Notes: generated from the sequence alone by a model not told the origin. 64,000 nucleotides of DNA from an uncultured Gemmatimonadales bacterium (GCA_963851265.1 CAWKNZ010000001.1:187920-251919), one strand, 5' to 3'; counted from the stretch's first letter, positions 1 to 9,611 are shown. A program made the numbers and translations.

Positions 1-63
1 GCCGCGACCCGTCAGGCCTGGCCGCGTACGGTCGCCTGGTTCAAGCAGTACCTTGGCAGCTGA
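1..63 (+). CDS. C-terminal fragment of a probable dienelactone hydrolase-family (alpha/beta hydrolase) protein, truncated by the window edge
   Basis: Frame 1 reads AATRQAWPRTVAWFKQYLGS-stop, resembling the AW.RT..WF..YL C-terminal helix of dienelactone hydrolases. Only 20 codons are visible. Confidence 0.5.
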   Translation, partial: AATRQAWPRTVAWFKQYLGS

Positions 64-130
64 CGGCTGACGCGCCGCCGCCGGGAACCACCGGCGGACC
101 GCGCGCGCTGTTCCGCTTTACATTGGCCGC

Positions 131-694
131 ATGTCGCTGCTTTTCGTCGCCTGCTTCGTCGCCGGACTCGTGCTCGGCGTGTACGTCATGCTCAACGGCG
201 TGGAACGCGCGCCGCAGCCGACGGGGCGCGCGCCGCACGAGGAGACCGGCGCGCACGACCCGCGTACGGAACCGCCGAAAGTCTTCAACGTTCAGACCGC
301 GTCGGCGTTCGCGGTCGTCTTCGGCGGGGCGGGGTACCTCGCCATGCGGGCAGGGTGGACCAGCGCGGCCACCCTGGGCGTCGCGATCGTGGCCGGCGTC
401 GCCAGCGCGGTGCTCTCGTTCGTCCTGCTCGCCAAGTGGGCACTGCCGAGTGCGCGGCGCGATGTCGTCGACGCGCGCTACCTGATGCAGGGACATCCCG
501 CCACGGTCACCCGTGCCATCCCGGCGGGCGGACTCGGCGAGATCGCCTACGAGATGGACGGGCGACGCTGGACGCTCGAGGCACGTGGGTGGGATGACTC
601 GCCGGTCGGGCTCGGTGAGGAAGTGGCGATCGATCGGGTGGAAGGTGGGGTGGCGTACGTCGAGCAGTGGGCGCAGGTGGAAGCACGCCTCTGA
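131..694 (+). CDS. NfeD-like membrane protein (short NfeD: TM helices plus C-terminal OB-fold)
   Basis: Three hydrophobic segments, then G.PATVTRAIPAGGLGEIAY...ARG....G.EVAIDRVEGGVAYV, typical of the NfeD C-domain. Confidence 0.75.
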   Translation: MSLLFVACFVAGLVLGVYVMLNGVERAPQPTGRAPHEETGAHDPRTEPPKVFNVQTASAFAVVFGGAGYLAMRAGWTSAATLGVAIVAGVASAVLSFVLLAKWALPSARRDVVDARYLMQGHPATVTRAIPAGGLGEIAYEMDGRRWTLEARGWDDSPVGLGEEVAIDRVEGGVAYVEQWAQVEARL

Positions 695-716
695 CGCGAG
701 GCGGGGGGGTGGTGCG

Positions 717-1010
717 ATGTCGGACGCGGTCATCTTCGTGCTCGTCTTCGGGGGCCTCTTCGTCCTCCGAATCGTCGCGGCCACGGTGTTCTTCTTCTGT
801 CTGCTGCCCGAAGGAGATCGTTGCCTGAACTGCGACGCGCCCACCCTTCGCGTACAGCGCGTGTTCTGGCACCGATGGGTACCCTGGTTCCGGCCGAGCT
901 GGTGCATGGAGTGCGGCTGGCACGGCCTGTTACGTTCCGGTCCGACCACCCCGCAGCCGACCGACGTCGCGCTGCCGCCGCCGAAGATCGTGACCAAGAA
1001 GCCGACGTAA
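717..1010 (+). CDS. small membrane protein with a CxxC...CxxC zinc-ribbon-like motif
   Basis: ATG at 717 just after the NfeD stop. N-terminal TM segment, then CLNC and CMEC. 97 aa. Confidence 0.65.
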   Translation: MSDAVIFVLVFGGLFVLRIVAATVFFFCLLPEGDRCLNCDAPTLRVQRVFWHRWVPWFRPSWCMECGWHGLLRSGPTTPQPTDVALPPPKIVTKKPT

Positions 1011-1029
1011 CGTCGGCGAACCGCCCTGA

Positions 1030-1893
1030 ATGGATCGACGCAAGTTCCTGCAGCACCTCGGTTGGCGCGGAACGGGCGTCGCAGCACTCGCGGGAACGGC
1101 AGCTCTCGGGATCTACGCGCACGACGTCGAGCCGTTCTGGGACGAACTCGTCGTGCGGCAGCTGCCGGTCGCGTCACTTCCGCCCGCACTCGACGGCGCC
1201 CGCCTCGCTCTACTTACCGACCTTCACGTCGGTCCGAGCGTCAGCGACGTCTACCTGGCCGGCGTCTTCGCTCGGGTTCGTCAGACCCGCCCCGACATCG
1301 TCGTCCTCGGCGGCGACGCGCTGACCCACCGCTCACGGGGCGGCGAAGCGCAGTACCTGCGCCTCCGCTCCGTGCTCGCCGGATTCCCCCGCGGCCGACT
1401 CGCCACGGTCGCCGTGCTCGGCAACCATGATTACGGCAGAGACTGGCGCGAGCCCGACGTGGCTGCCCGGGTCACGGCCGAGCTCGAGCGGGCCGGCGTC
1501 CGCGTCCTGCGCAACGACGCGGTGAACGTTGCCGGGCTCGATCTCGTCGGCGTCGAAGACCTGTGGTCCGGCGGCGCGGACGCGTGGCGCGCCCTCAGCG
1601 CACGCCGCGGTGACGCCGCGATCGCGATCTGTCACAACCCGGATGGGGCCGACGAACTCGACTGGGGGGATTTCCGCGGCTGGATTCTCGCCGGGCACAC
1701 GCACGGCGGCCAGTGCCGCCCGCCCTTTCTCCCGCCGCCCATCCTCCCGGTGCGCAACCACCGGTACAGCGCCGGCGAGGTGAGTGCGCCCGGCGGGCGC
1801 ACGCTCTACATCAGTCGTGGCGTGGGGCACATCCTCAGAGTGCGGTTCAACGTGAGGCCGGAGGCGACTGTTTTCACGTTGCGGGCCGTGTGA
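1030..1893 (+). CDS. Tat-exported metallophosphoesterase (YkuE/YaeI-like calcineurin-like phosphoesterase)
   Basis: MDRRKFL twin-arginine signal. DLH, GD, GNHD, H and GHTHGGQ motifs. Confidence 0.9.
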   Translation: MDRRKFLQHLGWRGTGVAALAGTAALGIYAHDVEPFWDELVVRQLPVASLPPALDGARLALLTDLHVGPSVSDVYLAGVFARVRQTRPDIVVLGGDALTHRSRGGEAQYLRLRSVLAGFPRGRLATVAVLGNHDYGRDWREPDVAARVTAELERAGVRVLRNDAVNVAGLDLVGVEDLWSGGADAWRALSARRGDAAIAICHNPDGADELDWGDFRGWILAGHTHGGQCRPPFLPPPILPVRNHRYSAGEVSAPGGRTLYISRGVGHILRVRFNVRPEATVFTLRAV

Positions 1894-2049
1894 TGCGAGG
1901 GGGTGCGCGGGATCGGATCCGCGTGGGAGCCCGTGACCGGCCGCGGATGCAGGGACCGGCGAGTACATCCCCGGCCCCGGTGTTCGATCAGCACCTATCC
2001 GTGGCCGGTCACGGCCACGCGCGACGCCCTCGCCGTTCGCCCCGCCAGT

Positions 2050-2964
2050 TCACCGCCTCCGCTGTCGCTGGATCGGCACATACTCCCCGCGCTGCAACGC
2101 GATCGTGTACGCCCGCACCCGCGCGAGGTAATCCGCCGCCTCCACCCCCGCCGGCCCGAGCTCGGGCAACCGCCGCACCCACTCGACCCCCAGGCGGTCG
2201 ACCGCGTCGTGGGTCCAGACGTAGCCCTGGTTGTAACTCACGGCCACGAGGTCGAACAGCCGGTCCGACCCGATCGGCTGCCCGGCTGCGAGCTTCTGGC
2301 TGGCGAAGGTGCCGTACCCGCCGGGCCATGCATCGCTCGTCCACTTGGTCTGCAGCAGCCGGATCCAGTACTCGGCCGCCCGCGTGCTCAGCGCGGGATC
2401 GAACAGGTACTCGGTCCGGCTCGTGACGGCGCCGCGGGCGAGGCGGGCCCGCACGCTGTCGGCGCTGATGGGCGTCGCGGTCGAATCGACGTGGATTGCC
2501 GGATCGCGCGGCCACCCGTTGACCTCGGCCGCCATCCACGAGAACGACGGCGAGACGGTCATCGCACGCAGGTCGGCGTCGGCGCGCGGGGTGAGCTGTG
2601 CGATGCCGAGCGCGGGGACCGGGCTCACGGCGAGCGTATCGAGCGCGCTCTCCTTGATGAACAGGGCGGCGACGAAATTGGGGTCGATCTGGATGCGCGG
2701 GTTGACCGCGTCGCGTTCGAGCATGGGCACGACCCGCGTGTAGAACGCGTCGCGGTCGCTCGCCTGGATGAGGCGCGGCGATCCGTTGGCATTCGTGAAC
2801 GCGGTCGGCGACGGCCGACCGACGTGGGCCTCGCCGTACAACGTCACAGACAGCGGATCGGGGTGCGACGCGCACGCCGCGCCGAGCACGGTTGTGAGGG
2901 CGGCACCGACGGTGCGCAGGGGTAGGGCGAACGCGCCGGATGGGCGCGGGGCAGATCGAAGCAT
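2050..2964 (-). CDS. lytic transglycosylase (SLT-domain) lipoprotein
   Basis: Catalytic KES, GIAQL and SYNQG motifs, plus a lipobox-like LGAAC. Start chosen at ATG 2964; the ORF extends to 3093. Confidence 0.75.
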   Translation of the reverse strand: MLRSAPRPSGAFALPLRTVGAALTTVLGAACASHPDPLSVTLYGEAHVGRPSPTAFTNANGSPRLIQASDRDAFYTRVVPMLERDAVNPRIQIDPNFVAALFIKESALDTLAVSPVPALGIAQLTPRADADLRAMTVSPSFSWMAAEVNGWPRDPAIHVDSTATPISADSVRARLARGAVTSRTEYLFDPALSTRAAEYWIRLLQTKWTSDAWPGGYGTFASQKLAAGQPIGSDRLFDLVAVSYNQGYVWTHDAVDRLGVEWVRRLPELGPAGVEAADYLARVRAYTIALQRGEYVPIQRQRRR

Positions 2965-3120
2965 GAACCGGGTCAATGTGGTGCGGCGTGGAACGGGCGT
3001 CGGAGTCGTGCGGGCTCGCGCCGCTCGGCAGACCCGAGTCCCTCGGGGCGGCGCGTGCAGATCGCCCGTGGTGCGTCGCGCGCGGATTTCCATGCGGCGG
3101 TACAGCGCGGGCCTTCGCTG

Positions 3121-3441
3121 CTACGGCATCGCTCCCGCACCTTGTACACCCGATCCCCCGGCATCCCCCACGTACACGCGGAGCCACTCCGGCCAGTTGC
3201 TCGGCATTTCGAAGAAATCGTCGAAGTAGCGCAGGCCGAGCGCTTCGAGGTCGGCGAGAAGGGCACCGAGTGCGTCCTCGTCGTGAATCGGACCGAGCGC
3301 CACGAGTCCGCCCTCCACACGAAACTCGTCCGCCGTGAGCGTGAGTCGTTCGTCGAGCGCGGCTCGCACGAGCCCGGCGCGCTCGTAGGCGGCGCGCCGG
3401 ATGACGAGCGTGACGTGGCCGGGGGTGATGCTGAGTGCCAT
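3121..3441 (-). CDS. hypothetical protein (about 106 aa)
   Basis: Protein-like ORF (MALSITPGHVTLVIRR...YFDDFFEMPSNWPEW) co-oriented with its neighbours. No motif recognised. Confidence 0.65.
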   Translation of the reverse strand: MALSITPGHVTLVIRRAAYERAGLVRAALDERLTLTADEFRVEGGLVALGPIHDEDALGALLADLEALGLRYFDDFFEMPSNWPEWLRVYVGDAGGSGVQGAGAMP

Positions 3442-3466
3442 GCGGGCGTGTGGATCGAAGGAGTGG

Positions 3467-4885
3467 TCAGGGCCGCGTGTCGCGCGCATCGCGCGGCGTA
3501 GTGCCGCGCGCCAGCCGGCTCATGAAGACGGCCGCGCGCGCCGCGCTCATCCGGAGCGACGGCAGGTAGATGAGTTCATGCGGGCTGTGCGCGCCCGCCC
3601 CGTCCACCCCCAGCCCGTCGATGCCGGGCATGAGCGGCGCCACGAACGACACGTCCCCCGCCCCGCGGCTCTCGGGCGGCGAGGTCGTCACGGCGGGGTA
3701 GCCCAGCGCGGAGCTCGCGCCGGAGTAGAGCGCGAGCAGGCGCGCGTTGGCCGGTGTCGCGGTCATCGCGGGGTACGCGTCCTCGAACGTGAAGCGCGCC
3801 TCGGTGCCGGCGAGCGAGTGCCCCGCGATCTGCCGCATGCGCGTGCGTGCCGAATCCTTCTGCCCCTCCGACAGAAACCGCAAGTCTCCTGTCGCCTCGA
3901 ACGCGGGCGGCACGATGTTGCTCTTGCCGTCGGCCAGCAGCGTTCCCGCGGCCGAATCGGCGGCGACATGGGCCCCGCCGGCGAGGAGTCCCACGTTGAG
4001 CGTGAGTCCCGGCTCCCCGGACAGCGTGCGCCGCACGTCATCCAGGACCCGGGCACCTTCGTACACGGCCCCGTAGCCCACGCCACTCGAGAAGATCCCC
4101 GACGAGTGTGCCTGGCGCCCGCTCACGTGTAGCTGCCACGAACTCGCCCCGCGCCGTCCGATCGCCGCGCGGGTCGCGGTCCCGCCCTCGAACGCGAGGG
4201 CGACGTCGCTCGACCGCGCGGCATCGAGCAGCGCCGCCCGCGCCTCGGCGAGAGGCCGCCCCGGTGCCTCCTCGTCGCCGGTCAGCACGACGGTCACCCG
4301 CATCCCGTCCAGCTCCCCGGCGTCGGCCAGGGCGTGCAGGGCGAGCAGGATGGCGACGTCTCCGCCCTTGATGTCGCTCGTCCCCGCCCCCCGCGCGACG
4401 GTGTCCTCTCGCACCCAGTGCTGCCCCTCGCCCTCGAACACGGTGTCGAGGTGTCCGATGAGCAGCAACCGTGGTCCGCGCGTGCCGTCGCGTTCGGCCA
4501 CCAGATGGCCGCCGCGGTGCATCGTCGCGGGCACTTCTACCCACCGGGTCCGAAACCCGAGCGCCTGCAGCTCGCCCGCGAACAGCGTACCCACCCGCCG
4601 CACGCCCTGCGTGTTGAGCGTCCCGCTCGGGATGTCGACGGCCCGCTGCAGGAGCGCCACGTGTGCGTCGTACCTCCGGTCGACCGCGTCGCGAATCGCC
4701 CGTTCCGCCGCACTCAACTCCGCTCCGCCGCACCAGCCCGCCACCACGCCCGCCGCGTGCCCCGCCGCTTCCTCCCGCACCGCGACGGGTGTGGCACGTG
4801 CCACACTCGCCGTTGTGGGCGCGGAACGGCATGCCGCGAACGCGAGGCACGCGAGAATGGTGGCCCGTGAAATCCCAGGCAACAT
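3467..4885 (-). CDS. M20 metallopeptidase (carboxypeptidase G2-like) lipoprotein
   Basis: GHLDTV, DIKGG, GDEE, G.QAHS and GAHS..E motifs, with lipobox AFAAC. Start uncertain. Confidence 0.88.
   Translation of the reverse strand: MLPGISRATILACLAFAACRSAPTTASVARATPVAVREEAAGHAAGVVAGWCGGAELSAAERAIRDAVDRRYDAHVALLQRAVDIPSGTLNTQGVRRVGTLFAGELQALGFRTRWVEVPATMHRGGHLVAERDGTRGPRLLLIGHLDTVFEGEGQHWVREDTVARGAGTSDIKGGDVAILLALHALADAGELDGMRVTVVLTGDEEAPGRPLAEARAALLDAARSSDVALAFEGGTATRAAIGRRGASSWQLHVSGRQAHSSGIFSSGVGYGAVYEGARVLDDVRRTLSGEPGLTLNVGLLAGGAHVAADSAAGTLLADGKSNIVPPAFEATGDLRFLSEGQKDSARTRMRQIAGHSLAGTEARFTFEDAYPAMTATPANARLLALYSGASSALGYPAVTTSPPESRGAGDVSFVAPLMPGIDGLGVDGAGAHSPHELIYLPSLRMSAARAAVFMSRLARGTTPRDARDTRP
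4789..4806. promoter_or_regulatory. putative non-canonical parS site (perfect 18-bp palindrome GTGTGGCACGTGCCACAC)
   Basis: Same TGT-nn-CACGTG-nn-ACA architecture as canonical parS (TGTTTCACGTGAAACA). An identical copy is at 7795-7812. About 3 kb upstream of parA. Confidence 0.7.
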
Positions 4886-5018
4886 CGGAACGCAGCGGTG
4901 GGCGCGCATGCGGCGCCTGCGCATGCGAGGAACGTGCACGAACCACCCGCACACGGCTCCGCACCGGCACGCCGCCGGCGAGCCGGACCTCACACGGCGA
5001 CCGCCGGTACATTCTGGC

Positions 5019-6956
5019 ATGCGACGCACCGAAGCCCAGTACGACGTGCTCGTGATCGGCGGCGGTCACGCGGGCGTGGAAGCCGCAGTCGCCGCAAGCC
5101 GGTGCGGCGCCCGCACGGCCCTCGTCACGAGCGCGATCGAGACCATCGGCCAGATGTCCTGCAACCCGGCCATCGGCGGTGTGGCCAAGGGTACGGTCGT
5201 GCGCGAGGTCGACGCGCTCGGCGGCGTGATGGGGCGCGCGACCGATCGCGCAACCGTCCAGTTCCGCATGCTCAACCGCGGGAAGGGCGCCGCGGTGTGG
5301 TCGCCCCGCGCCCAGTGCGACCGCGGCCTCTACCGGCGCGCCGTGCGCCACGAACTCGAACGCCACGCCGGCCTCGACGTCGTCCAGGGCACCGTCGCAC
5401 GGCTCCTGCTCGCTGACCACGCCACCGTGGTCGGTCTCGAGACGCTCGAAGGGCGCCGGTTGGGCGCCGCCGCCGTCGTCATCACCACGGGCACCTTCCT
5501 CCGCGGTCGCCTCCACATCGGCACCACGGTCGCGATCTCCGGCGGACGTGCCGGCGACCCTGCCGCCGTCCACCTCGCCGAACAGCTCGACATACTCGGC
5601 ATCACGGTCGCCCGCTTCAAGACGGGCACGCCGCCGCGCATCGACGGACGCTCGGTCGACTACAGCCGACTCGCCCGGCAGGACAGCGAACTCCACGACG
5701 CCGACCCCACCCGCCCCGGCTATCGCTGGAGCCATTTCGACGATGCGGCGCCCACGCTGCCGCAGCTGCCGTGCTGGGGCACGTACCTCGAAGAGCCCGG
5801 AAAGGCGCTCATCGCAGCCCACCTGCACGAGAGCGCGATGTACGGCGGCGCGATCGGCGCGCGAGGCCCGCGCTACTGCCCGTCGGTCGAGGACAAGATC
5901 GTCCGGTTTCCCGACGCCGCGCGCCACCAGCTCTTCCTCGAACCCGAAGGGCTCGACACGTCCGAGCTGTACGTGAACGGCCTCTCGACGTCGCTCCCCG
6001 CCGCCGTTCAGCTCGACATCCTGCACACGGTCGCGGGCCTGGAACACGCGCGCATGACGCGCGCGGGATACGCCATCGAGTACGACTACTGCCCGCCGAC
6101 CCAACTCGACGCCACCCTCCGCGTCCGCGCGGTCGAGGGACTGTGGCTCGCCGGACAGATTAACGGCACCACGGGCTACGAGGAAGCCGCGGGTCAGGGC
6201 GTCGTTGCCGGCCTCAACGCCGCCCTCTGGACCCAGCGTCGCCCCCCGGTCACGATCGGGCGCGAGTCGGCCTACCTCGGCGTGCTCGTCGACGATTTGG
6301 TCACCCGCGGGGTGGATGAGCCGTACCGGCTCTTCACCTCGCGATCCGAACTCCGTCTGACCATCCGCCAGGACAACGCCCTCCGTCGGCTCGCCCCCGT
6401 CGCCGCCTCCCTCGGCATGTACTCCGACGCCGAAGCGGTGATCGTCGAACGCCGCGCCCGCGACGAGGCCGACGCGATCGCCCTCGCCGAACGGACGAGC
6501 ATCACCCCCGAGCGCGCCGCCCCGATCATCGCCGCCGCAGCGGCCGCCGGCGCCGCGGTCGGCGGGGTACCCCCGCACGCAGTCCGCGCCGACGAACTCG
6601 TCCGCCGCCCCGGCGTCGCGCTCGCTCCCCTCCTCGCCGCGTGCGACGTCGGCGCCGACCTCCACCCCGAGGCGGTCCACTCCGCCGAACTCGAGATCAA
6701 GTACAGCACGTACATGGCCCGCGAACGCGACCAGGCTGCCCGCATCGCGCGCCTGCGCGAGGTCCCGCTCGACGCCGCCCTCCCCTACGCGGAGTTTCGC
6801 TCGCTCTCGACCGAGGCCCGCCAGAAACTCGGTGCCCTCCGCCCGGCCACCCTCGCACAGGCCGGTCGCGTTCCCGGCGTTTCCGCCAGCGACCTGCAGA
6901 ACCTCCTCGTCGAGGCAGCCCGGTGGCGACGCGACGCACTCGCCAGCGCCGAGTAG
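5019..6956 (+). CDS. mnmG: tRNA uridine-5-carboxymethylaminomethyl(34) synthesis enzyme MnmG (GidA)
   Basis: GGGHAG FAD motif, MSCNPAIGG, GPRYCPS, AGQINGTTGYEEAA and EPYRLFTSR. Confidence 0.97.
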   Translation: MRRTEAQYDVLVIGGGHAGVEAAVAASRCGARTALVTSAIETIGQMSCNPAIGGVAKGTVVREVDALGGVMGRATDRATVQFRMLNRGKGAAVWSPRAQCDRGLYRRAVRHELERHAGLDVVQGTVARLLLADHATVVGLETLEGRRLGAAAVVITTGTFLRGRLHIGTTVAISGGRAGDPAAVHLAEQLDILGITVARFKTGTPPRIDGRSVDYSRLARQDSELHDADPTRPGYRWSHFDDAAPTLPQLPCWGTYLEEPGKALIAAHLHESAMYGGAIGARGPRYCPSVEDKIVRFPDAARHQLFLEPEGLDTSELYVNGLSTSLPAAVQLDILHTVAGLEHARMTRAGYAIEYDYCPPTQLDATLRVRAVEGLWLAGQINGTTGYEEAAGQGVVAGLNAALWTQRRPPVTIGRESAYLGVLVDDLVTRGVDEPYRLFTSRSELRLTIRQDNALRRLAPVAASLGMYSDAEAVIVERRARDEADAIALAERTSITPERAAPIIAAAAAAGAAVGGVPPHAVRADELVRRPGVALAPLLAACDVGADLHPEAVHSAELEIKYSTYMARERDQAARIARLREVPLDAALPYAEFRSLSTEARQKLGALRPATLAQAGRVPGVSASDLQNLLVEAARWRRDALASAE

Positions 6957-6992
6957 GCCGGTCCGCACCCCCACATTCTCACCTGCCCGCCC

Positions 6993-7772
6993 ATGCCGTC
7001 CGCCCGCCCGCGCCGCACCCTGTCCCTCGCTCGCGCCCTCGCCGTCAGGACCATCGCCGTCGGGGCCATCGCCCTGTCACTCGGCGCGCCGTCCCGCGCC
7101 CGCGCGCAGACGCCGACCGGCGTGGAAACGTTCAACCCCGGCGCGGCCATCACCGTGACCGGCACAGGTGAGGACCAGATCGCCCCCGACCGCGCCCGCG
7201 TGTCACTCGGCGTGGTCACACAGGCGGCCACGGCGGCGGCGGCCGCGCAACAAAACGCGCGACTGCAACAGAGCGTCCTCGATGCCGTCCGCGCCCAGGG
7301 CATTCCAGCCGAACAGATCTCGACCAGCGGTTACAACGTCAGCCCCACCACCGAGTACAACCAGCAGACGCAGCGCTCGCGCGTCACCGGCTACTCGGTG
7401 CAGAACACCGTGACCGTTGAGCTGCGCCGCATCGACCAGATCGGCCCCGTGCTCGACGCCGTGCTCGCGAAGGGAGCCAACACCGTCTCGTCGCTGGAAC
7501 TCTACTCGTCGCAGGCCGAAGCCTCGCGACGCCGCGCACTCGCCAAGGCCGTGGAACGTGCCCGTGCCGACGCCGAAGCCATTGCTGCAGCCGCCGGCGG
7601 GCGACTCGGCCTGCTGCTCGACCTGAGTTCCGCGCCCTCGTTCGGTCCTCCCCGCGCCTTCCCCATGGCCATGGCCCGCGTCGCCACGGCGCCAGCCACC
7701 CCCATCAGTGAGGGCCTCGAGACCAACTCCGCGAGCATCACCGCGCGCTGGCAGTTCGTGCCCCTCCGCTGA
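6993..7772 (+). CDS. SIMPL-domain (DUF541) secreted protein
   Basis: Signal peptide, ITVTGTG...APDRA.V.LGV, GY.V.N.V.V and A...A..RA..DAEAIA patterns. Confidence 0.9.
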   Translation: MPSARPRRTLSLARALAVRTIAVGAIALSLGAPSRARAQTPTGVETFNPGAAITVTGTGEDQIAPDRARVSLGVVTQAATAAAAAQQNARLQQSVLDAVRAQGIPAEQISTSGYNVSPTTEYNQQTQRSRVTGYSVQNTVTVELRRIDQIGPVLDAVLAKGANTVSSLELYSSQAEASRRRALAKAVERARADAEAIAAAAGGRLGLLLDLSSAPSFGPPRAFPMAMARVATAPATPISEGLETNSASITARWQFVPLR

Positions 7773-7794
7773 CCAACGTCGGCGCTGCGATCGT

Positions 7795-7812
7795 GTGTGG
7801 CACGTGCCACAC
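7795..7812. promoter_or_regulatory. putative non-canonical parS site (second copy of GTGTGGCACGTGCCACAC)
   Basis: Perfect palindrome in the intergenic region about 95 bp upstream of parA. Identical to 4789-4806. Confidence 0.72.
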
Positions 7813-7905
7813 CCGCCCGCGCCCCGCATATCTTCCGCCTCCCGGTCCGCCCTCCCGGCTCCCCGCCCGCCGCTCGTCATCCTCCCGCGCTCTTCTGCTC
7901 CCGCC

Positions 7906-8724
7906 GTGACCCGCGTTCTCGCCATCGCCAATCAGAAAGGCGGCGTCGGTAAGACCACCTCCGCCGTGAACCTCGCGGCGAGTCTCGCGGTCGCGGAGCA
8001 GCGTACGCTTCTCGTCGACGCCGACCCGCAGGGCAACGCGACGAGCGGCATCGGCCTCGAGCGCGACGCGATCGGCGCGTCGTTGTACGACGTCCTTGCC
8101 GGCGAGCGTACCCTCGACGAGTCGGTGCACCGCGGCGTGCTCTTCCCGCACCTCGACGTGCTCGCTGCCACCCCGGACCTCGCCGGCGCGGAAGTCGAGT
8201 TGGTCGCTCGCGAGCGGCGCGTGCTCGCCATGCGTGACGCGCTCGAGCCGGCCCGCGGCCGCTACGACTACGTCCTCATCGACTGCCCGCCCTCGCTCGG
8301 CCTCCTCACGGTCAACATGCTGGCGGCGGCCGACGCGGTGCTCATCCCGCTCCAGTGCGAGTACTACGCGCTCGAAGGGCTGTCCCAACTGCTCGATACG
8401 GTGCGGCGGGTTCAGCAGGGCACCAACCCCAACCTCGCCGTGGACGGCGTGCTGCTCACCATGTACGACGCCCGCCTCAACCTCTCGCGCCAGGTCGCGG
8501 CCGACGCGCGCGAGTACTTCGGCCCGCAGATCTTCCGCACGGTCATTCCGCGCAACGTGCGGTTGGCGGAGGCGCCGAGCTTCGGAAAGCCGATCGTCCT
8601 GTATGACGTGACGTCGGTCGGCGCCCAGGCGTACATGGCCGTCGCGCAGGAGATCATCGAACGCGAGCAGGCGCGCGGCGCGCCGGCCGACGCTGCCGTA
8701 GCGGAAACGGCGGAGGCGGTCTGA
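7906..8724 (+). CDS. parA: chromosome partitioning ATPase ParA/Soj
   Basis: NQKGGVGKTT deviant Walker A, DADPQGN, DCPPSLG, QCEYYALEG and RNVRLAEAPSFG. GTG start at 7906. Confidence 0.96.
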   Translation: MTRVLAIANQKGGVGKTTSAVNLAASLAVAEQRTLLVDADPQGNATSGIGLERDAIGASLYDVLAGERTLDESVHRGVLFPHLDVLAATPDLAGAEVELVARERRVLAMRDALEPARGRYDYVLIDCPPSLGLLTVNMLAAADAVLIPLQCEYYALEGLSQLLDTVRRVQQGTNPNLAVDGVLLTMYDARLNLSRQVAADAREYFGPQIFRTVIPRNVRLAEAPSFGKPIVLYDVTSVGAQAYMAVAQEIIEREQARGAPADAAVAETAEAV

Positions 8725-9611
8725 TGCCCCCGGCCCCCCCACGGCGGCTCGGACGCGGCCTCGAGGCGCTACTCGCGTCACGCACGGCGACGGAACCCAC
8801 CCCGGAGGAGCGGAGCGCGCTGCGCAACATCCCGCTCGCCGAGATCCGGCCGAACCCGTACCAGCCACGGCAGTCGTTCCGGCCGGAAGAACTCGCAGAG
8901 CTCGAAGCGAGTCTGCGGACGTCGGGACTCCTGCAGCCGGTGACGGTGCGTCCTGCGGCGGAGGGGAGCGGGTACGAGCTCGTCGCCGGCGAGCGGCGTC
9001 TGCGCGCGGCCACCAACATCGGCTGGACCGAGATTCCGGCCGTCGTGAAGCCGATCGACGACCGGACGCTGCTCACCCTCGCCCTCGTCGAGAACCTGCA
9101 GCGCGCCGACCTCGACGCGCTCGAGGAGGCCGAGGGCTATCAACGTCTGCTCGACGAGTTCGGCCTGACGCAACAGCAGGTGGCCGAGGTCGTCGGAAAG
9201 GACCGCTCGACCGTGGCGAGCACGCTGCGCCTGCTCGCGCTCCCCGCTTCAGTACGCCGGATGGTGCAGGAACGGGATCTCACCGCGGGACACGCGCGCG
9301 CCCTCCTCGCGCTCGGTGACGAACGGCCGATGGCCGATCTCGCGCGTGAGGCGGTGACCAACGGGTGGAGCGTGCGCGAGGTCGAGCGTCGGGTGCGCGC
9401 CCTGCTCGAACGCCCACCCCGCCCAACCGCGCCCGTGGCCGACGCGCGCCCGGCCGAAGTGCGGCGCACCGAGGACCACCTCCGCCGTCACTTTGCCACC
9501 GACGTTGCGATCAAGCTCACGGGTCAGGAGAAGGGGGAGATCCGCATCGCCTTCTACTCGGCGGACGACTTCGAGCGGCTGCTCACGACGCTCGGCACCC
9601 GCCCCGAGTGA
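8724..9611 (+). CDS. parB: chromosome partitioning protein ParB/Spo0J
   Basis: LGRGLEALL ParA-binding N-terminus, NPYQPR, GERRLRA CTPase motif, ENLQR and an HTH. Overlaps the parA stop (TGATG). Confidence 0.96.
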   Translation: MPPAPPRRLGRGLEALLASRTATEPTPEERSALRNIPLAEIRPNPYQPRQSFRPEELAELEASLRTSGLLQPVTVRPAAEGSGYELVAGERRLRAATNIGWTEIPAVVKPIDDRTLLTLALVENLQRADLDALEEAEGYQRLLDEFGLTQQQVAEVVGKDRSTVASTLRLLALPASVRRMVQERDLTAGHARALLALGDERPMADLAREAVTNGWSVREVERRVRALLERPPRPTAPVADARPAEVRRTEDHLRRHFATDVAIKLTGQEKGEIRIAFYSADDFERLLTTLGTRPE

